This document shows, in pieces, positions 62,301 through 64,000 of a stretch of 64,000 nucleotides of DNA; position 1 is the stretch's first letter; every line of letters begins with the position of its first letter. The stretch is from a virus, in the UHGV virus genome UHGV-0167591; one strand, written 5' to 3'. The position numbers and the translations under genes were made by a program. The notes under the pieces are model-generated. The model saw nothing but the letters and a program-made list of their open reading frames with translations, made no database searches and had not been told where the DNA came from.

Positions 62301-64000
62301 GTTGCCGCCGGGCGCGTAGCCAGCGCAATGGATTCCGACTCCCATCGTAAAGAGGCGGCGCGTCGCCGGGTATTGTCGGAGTATTCAGATACCGGTACCG
62401 AAAAAGCAGAGAAATATCCGTACTTTGAGGATATGGGCTTCGATAGTGTGATCGCCGACGAAGGCCACAACTACCGCAATAGCTATAAAAATGGTCGCGA
62501 AGCGTCACAACTGGCCTATCTGCCCACCAGCGCGGTGGCGCAATCGGCGCGGGATATGGCAATCAAAAACGCGTACCTGATGAAAAAGAATGGCGGGCGC
62601 GGGCCGGTTCTCCTGACTGCAACGCCAGTCGTTAACACCCCGATCGATGCATACAACATGCTTTCTCATGTTCTGCCGAAGGAATACTGGCAGAAGATGG
62701 GGATCTACGGTCCTGATGACTTCGTTAAATTCTTCGGCAAGACCAGGCTGGAAACGGTACAGAAAATCAGCGGTGAAGTTGAAGAAAAAATGGCGCTGGT
62801 GGGCTTTGAAAACCTTGATGCGCTGCGCGGTATATTCCATCGCTGGGTAACGCTTAAAACGGCGGAAGACGTTAAGGATACCGTGGAGATCCCGGAGCTG
62901 GACGAACACCAGCAGGATGCACCACTTACTGAAGAACAACTGGCGGCGTATGAAGAATTGCGTCAGCAGGCGGAAGCGGCGGCCAAAGCCAACAATGGCG
63001 TAACGACCTCGGTCAATGAAGACGGCGTGATTGAGCACGAGAAAGCCCGTCCGATCTTCTCAATAATCAGGGATATGGACCGCGTATGTACTGACATGGA
63101 CCTGTACTATCGCCGGATCACCTATCGTTTCCTGCCGGAGTACGCCGATGCGGTGCAGCAGCTGGCGGACAGTTTGCCTAAACAAGCCACCAGCGAAGAC
63201 GACGACAGTGATGATTCAATCACGCAGCAATCGCAATACTCCCTGATAGATAAGGGCGAGTTTATTCAGTTGCAGGTTCCGGAAGCGTTCGAGCAGGAAG
63301 TGAATAAGCGCCTGGCCAGGTTTGGCATTGACGAACAGACCGTAACTCACCCCGTTACGCCCAAATACGCGAAGCTGATTGCCACGCTGAAGGAGTTTTT
63401 CCCGGAAGGTAAGCAAATCATCTTCACCGATGAAAAATCGCAGCACCAGAAGCTCAAGCGCATTATCTGCAATGCTCTTAACCTTGAACCTTCAAAGGTG
63501 GGGATACTGAATGCTCAGACGGTTGCCGAGGCAGGTAAAACCGGTAAGAAACTGAAAGCGGTTAAACCGCCGAAAGAGTTACCGGATGAACCAACAGATG
63601 CACAGATAGCGAAATACAACGAGCAAATGGCTCTGTATGACGCCTATATCGCGCAGCAAAATGAAATGTCGTTGGGCGGTCTGGAAAAGATTGCAGCCGA
63701 CTTCCAGGAGGGCCGGACTCCGATCATCATCTGCAACAAAAAGGCAGAGGTGGGTATCAACCTGCATCGAGGAACGACTGACATCCATCATCTGACGTTG
63801 CCATGGACTCCAGCCAGTATTGCGCAACGAAACGGTCGCGGTGCCCGAGTTGGCTCCAACCGTGCAAGCGTTCGCGTTCACTACTACTGCGGCAAGGGGT
63901 CTTTCGATGAATACCGACTGAAGACGCTGAAGCGTAAAGCAGGCTGGATCTCCGATATCCTCCGTTCAGATAAGTCAGAAATGGAGAACGCCGACGCCAA
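59304..64000 (+). CDS. darB: DarB-like giant methyltransferase-helicase, 5' part only (runs past window end)
   Basis: Open frame from ATG 59304 to the window end (at least 1565 codons); N6-adenine MTase motifs (EPSAGTGVF, VVGNVPFG), Walker A GFGTGLGKTTTA, DEGH box DEGHNYRN. Confidence 0.75.
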   Translation, partial: MNKLSMGVFRCSSVSEILKYIRAITSHRAPIKYGVEKVEGKSYDRLRREANQKAIDLLNSLVDGATLTDEQRQILAGYTGEGGIGGSVSEYYTPKPIAEGVWEIMKLYGADVGNTLEPSAGTGVFNETKPVGTVMTATEISSVSGRINQLLHPEDSVQISPFEQLAVSTPNDSFDHVVGNVPFGGRDNTRNIDKPYAEETDMGSYFMLRMLDKIKPGGFMCVIVPPSIVSGSNMKRLRLRLSRKAEFLGAHRLPTGTFDANGTSTVVDVVLMRKHPAEMAEKIPLVDESTLESANVLWPTFISGKWFEKDGRRFVHGTQEKGFQGRIEVRADGQIDNQALKAKLIHRFESRIDWSLLDMAEPSPTADVVGEGEMRLINGVWQKYAGGRWIEADAGKELKIDAASYGADSWEALQRNLTTTEGRLGMTFTQMANVRYMYTTSISDDMVQLVDWINSQPEKYRERLYRGAMIGRMLIEYQDMKAAGHSAEQIEQQRLSLVSRLQAEIDRFGNPGRGPIAKLSGSGARAWFAFRGAIKLDGTISDELTGKLVTHDSSASYDSTSYQDTLRYLYSDLTRDPIQLDDFRLAFTGELPASDEELLNLLASTPGIAVSPYGGIVPFARATSGDINEIVAPKQEFLATLPDGPVKNNVLNQLAAIEEKRIKTPAENIRFKLNSRWFDRSVILEFLQENGYPDLRYVQSVQLEGDEMVSDTYHGGDGLFVGHRYGVVQRKDKETGEIRYEWDRKSGENATGFPAQLEKYLNGARIGGKDSATANGYREQMALLEDQFNKWIKTHDRYDELVAKYNDVFNSNIPYEHSGDPLGLKGLSGKRQPFDYQNSEVRRLSEDGRGILGFGTGLGKTTTALALEAFNYENGRSTRTAYVVPKSVLENWYYEAKEFLSEEAFSNYLFVGLDVLMDGDQIRQVPVLNENGKPVLGTDGTPVMRDALKLADEATITARMNAIPHSNYRAVVFTKEQYARIPLRDDTVDEHAQDMLYDFVAAGRVASAMDSDSHRKEAARRRVLSEYSDTGTEKAEKYPYFEDMGFDSVIADEGHNYRNSYKNGREASQLAYLPTSAVAQSARDMAIKNAYLMKKNGGRGPVLLTATPVVNTPIDAYNMLSHVLPKEYWQKMGIYGPDDFVKFFGKTRLETVQKISGEVEEKMALVGFENLDALRGIFHRWVTLKTAEDVKDTVEIPELDEHQQDAPLTEEQLAAYEELRQQAEAAAKANNGVTTSVNEDGVIEHEKARPIFSIIRDMDRVCTDMDLYYRRITYRFLPEYADAVQQLADSLPKQATSEDDDSDDSITQQSQYSLIDKGEFIQLQVPEAFEQEVNKRLARFGIDEQTVTHPVTPKYAKLIATLKEFFPEGKQIIFTDEKSQHQKLKRIICNALNLEPSKVGILNAQTVAEAGKTGKKLKAVKPPKELPDEPTDAQIAKYNEQMALYDAYIAQQNEMSLGGLEKIAADFQEGRTPIIICNKKAEVGINLHRGTTDIHHLTLPWTPASIAQRNGRGARVGSNRASVRVHYYCGKGSFDEYRLKTLKRKAGWISDILRSDKSEMENADA

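Overview
This window reads as one contiguous stretch of a P1-family (Punavirus-like) temperate phage that is maintained as a plasmid prophage; it is not ordinary chromosome. The calls rest on motif and architecture recognition from the raw sequence and the ORF track only, with no database search, so P1 gene names are best-effort. Left to right: baseplate genes ending in a gpV-like spike (101-3244); a minus-strand block with a glycosyltransferase-like gene, the DnaB-like helicase ban, three tRNAs (Ile-CAU, Thr-UGU, Asn-GUU), a TerB-like gene with two coupled micro-ORFs, a fused C5-cytosine/N6-adenine methyltransferase and an RdgC homolog (3291-11760); an early plus-strand operon with a PAAR-like protein and overlapping spanins (11926-14039); the plasmid replicon with DnaA boxes, a GATC cluster, 5 + 9 iterons, repA, parA, parB and a parS-like site (14081-17930); head, sheath and tube genes (18030-23370); an AT-rich two-gene cassette, repL, kilA, ant, icd and the c4 region (23915-29160); secreted Sim-like proteins (29232-30434); tail genes with the 1130-aa transglycosylase protein Sit and baseplate genes (30493-38673); the tail-fibre locus R-S-U / U'-Sv' with the Cin invertase and its cix sites (38752-45880); a darA-type operon with holin and antiholin (45993-53305); ssb, a SAR endolysin, prohead protease and portal (53335-59227); and the start of a DarB-like methyltransferase-helicase running off the window end. 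Several sequences matching the C1-repressor operator consensus and a recurring late-promoter-like box are present. No CRISPR array, integrase or IS element was found. The most likely places for something undescribed are the AT-rich cassette beside repL, the TerB-like gene with its micro-proteins, the glycosyltransferase coupled to ban, the PAAR-like early operon, the Sim protein that copies a Sit motif, and the HExxH motif in the DdrB-like protein.
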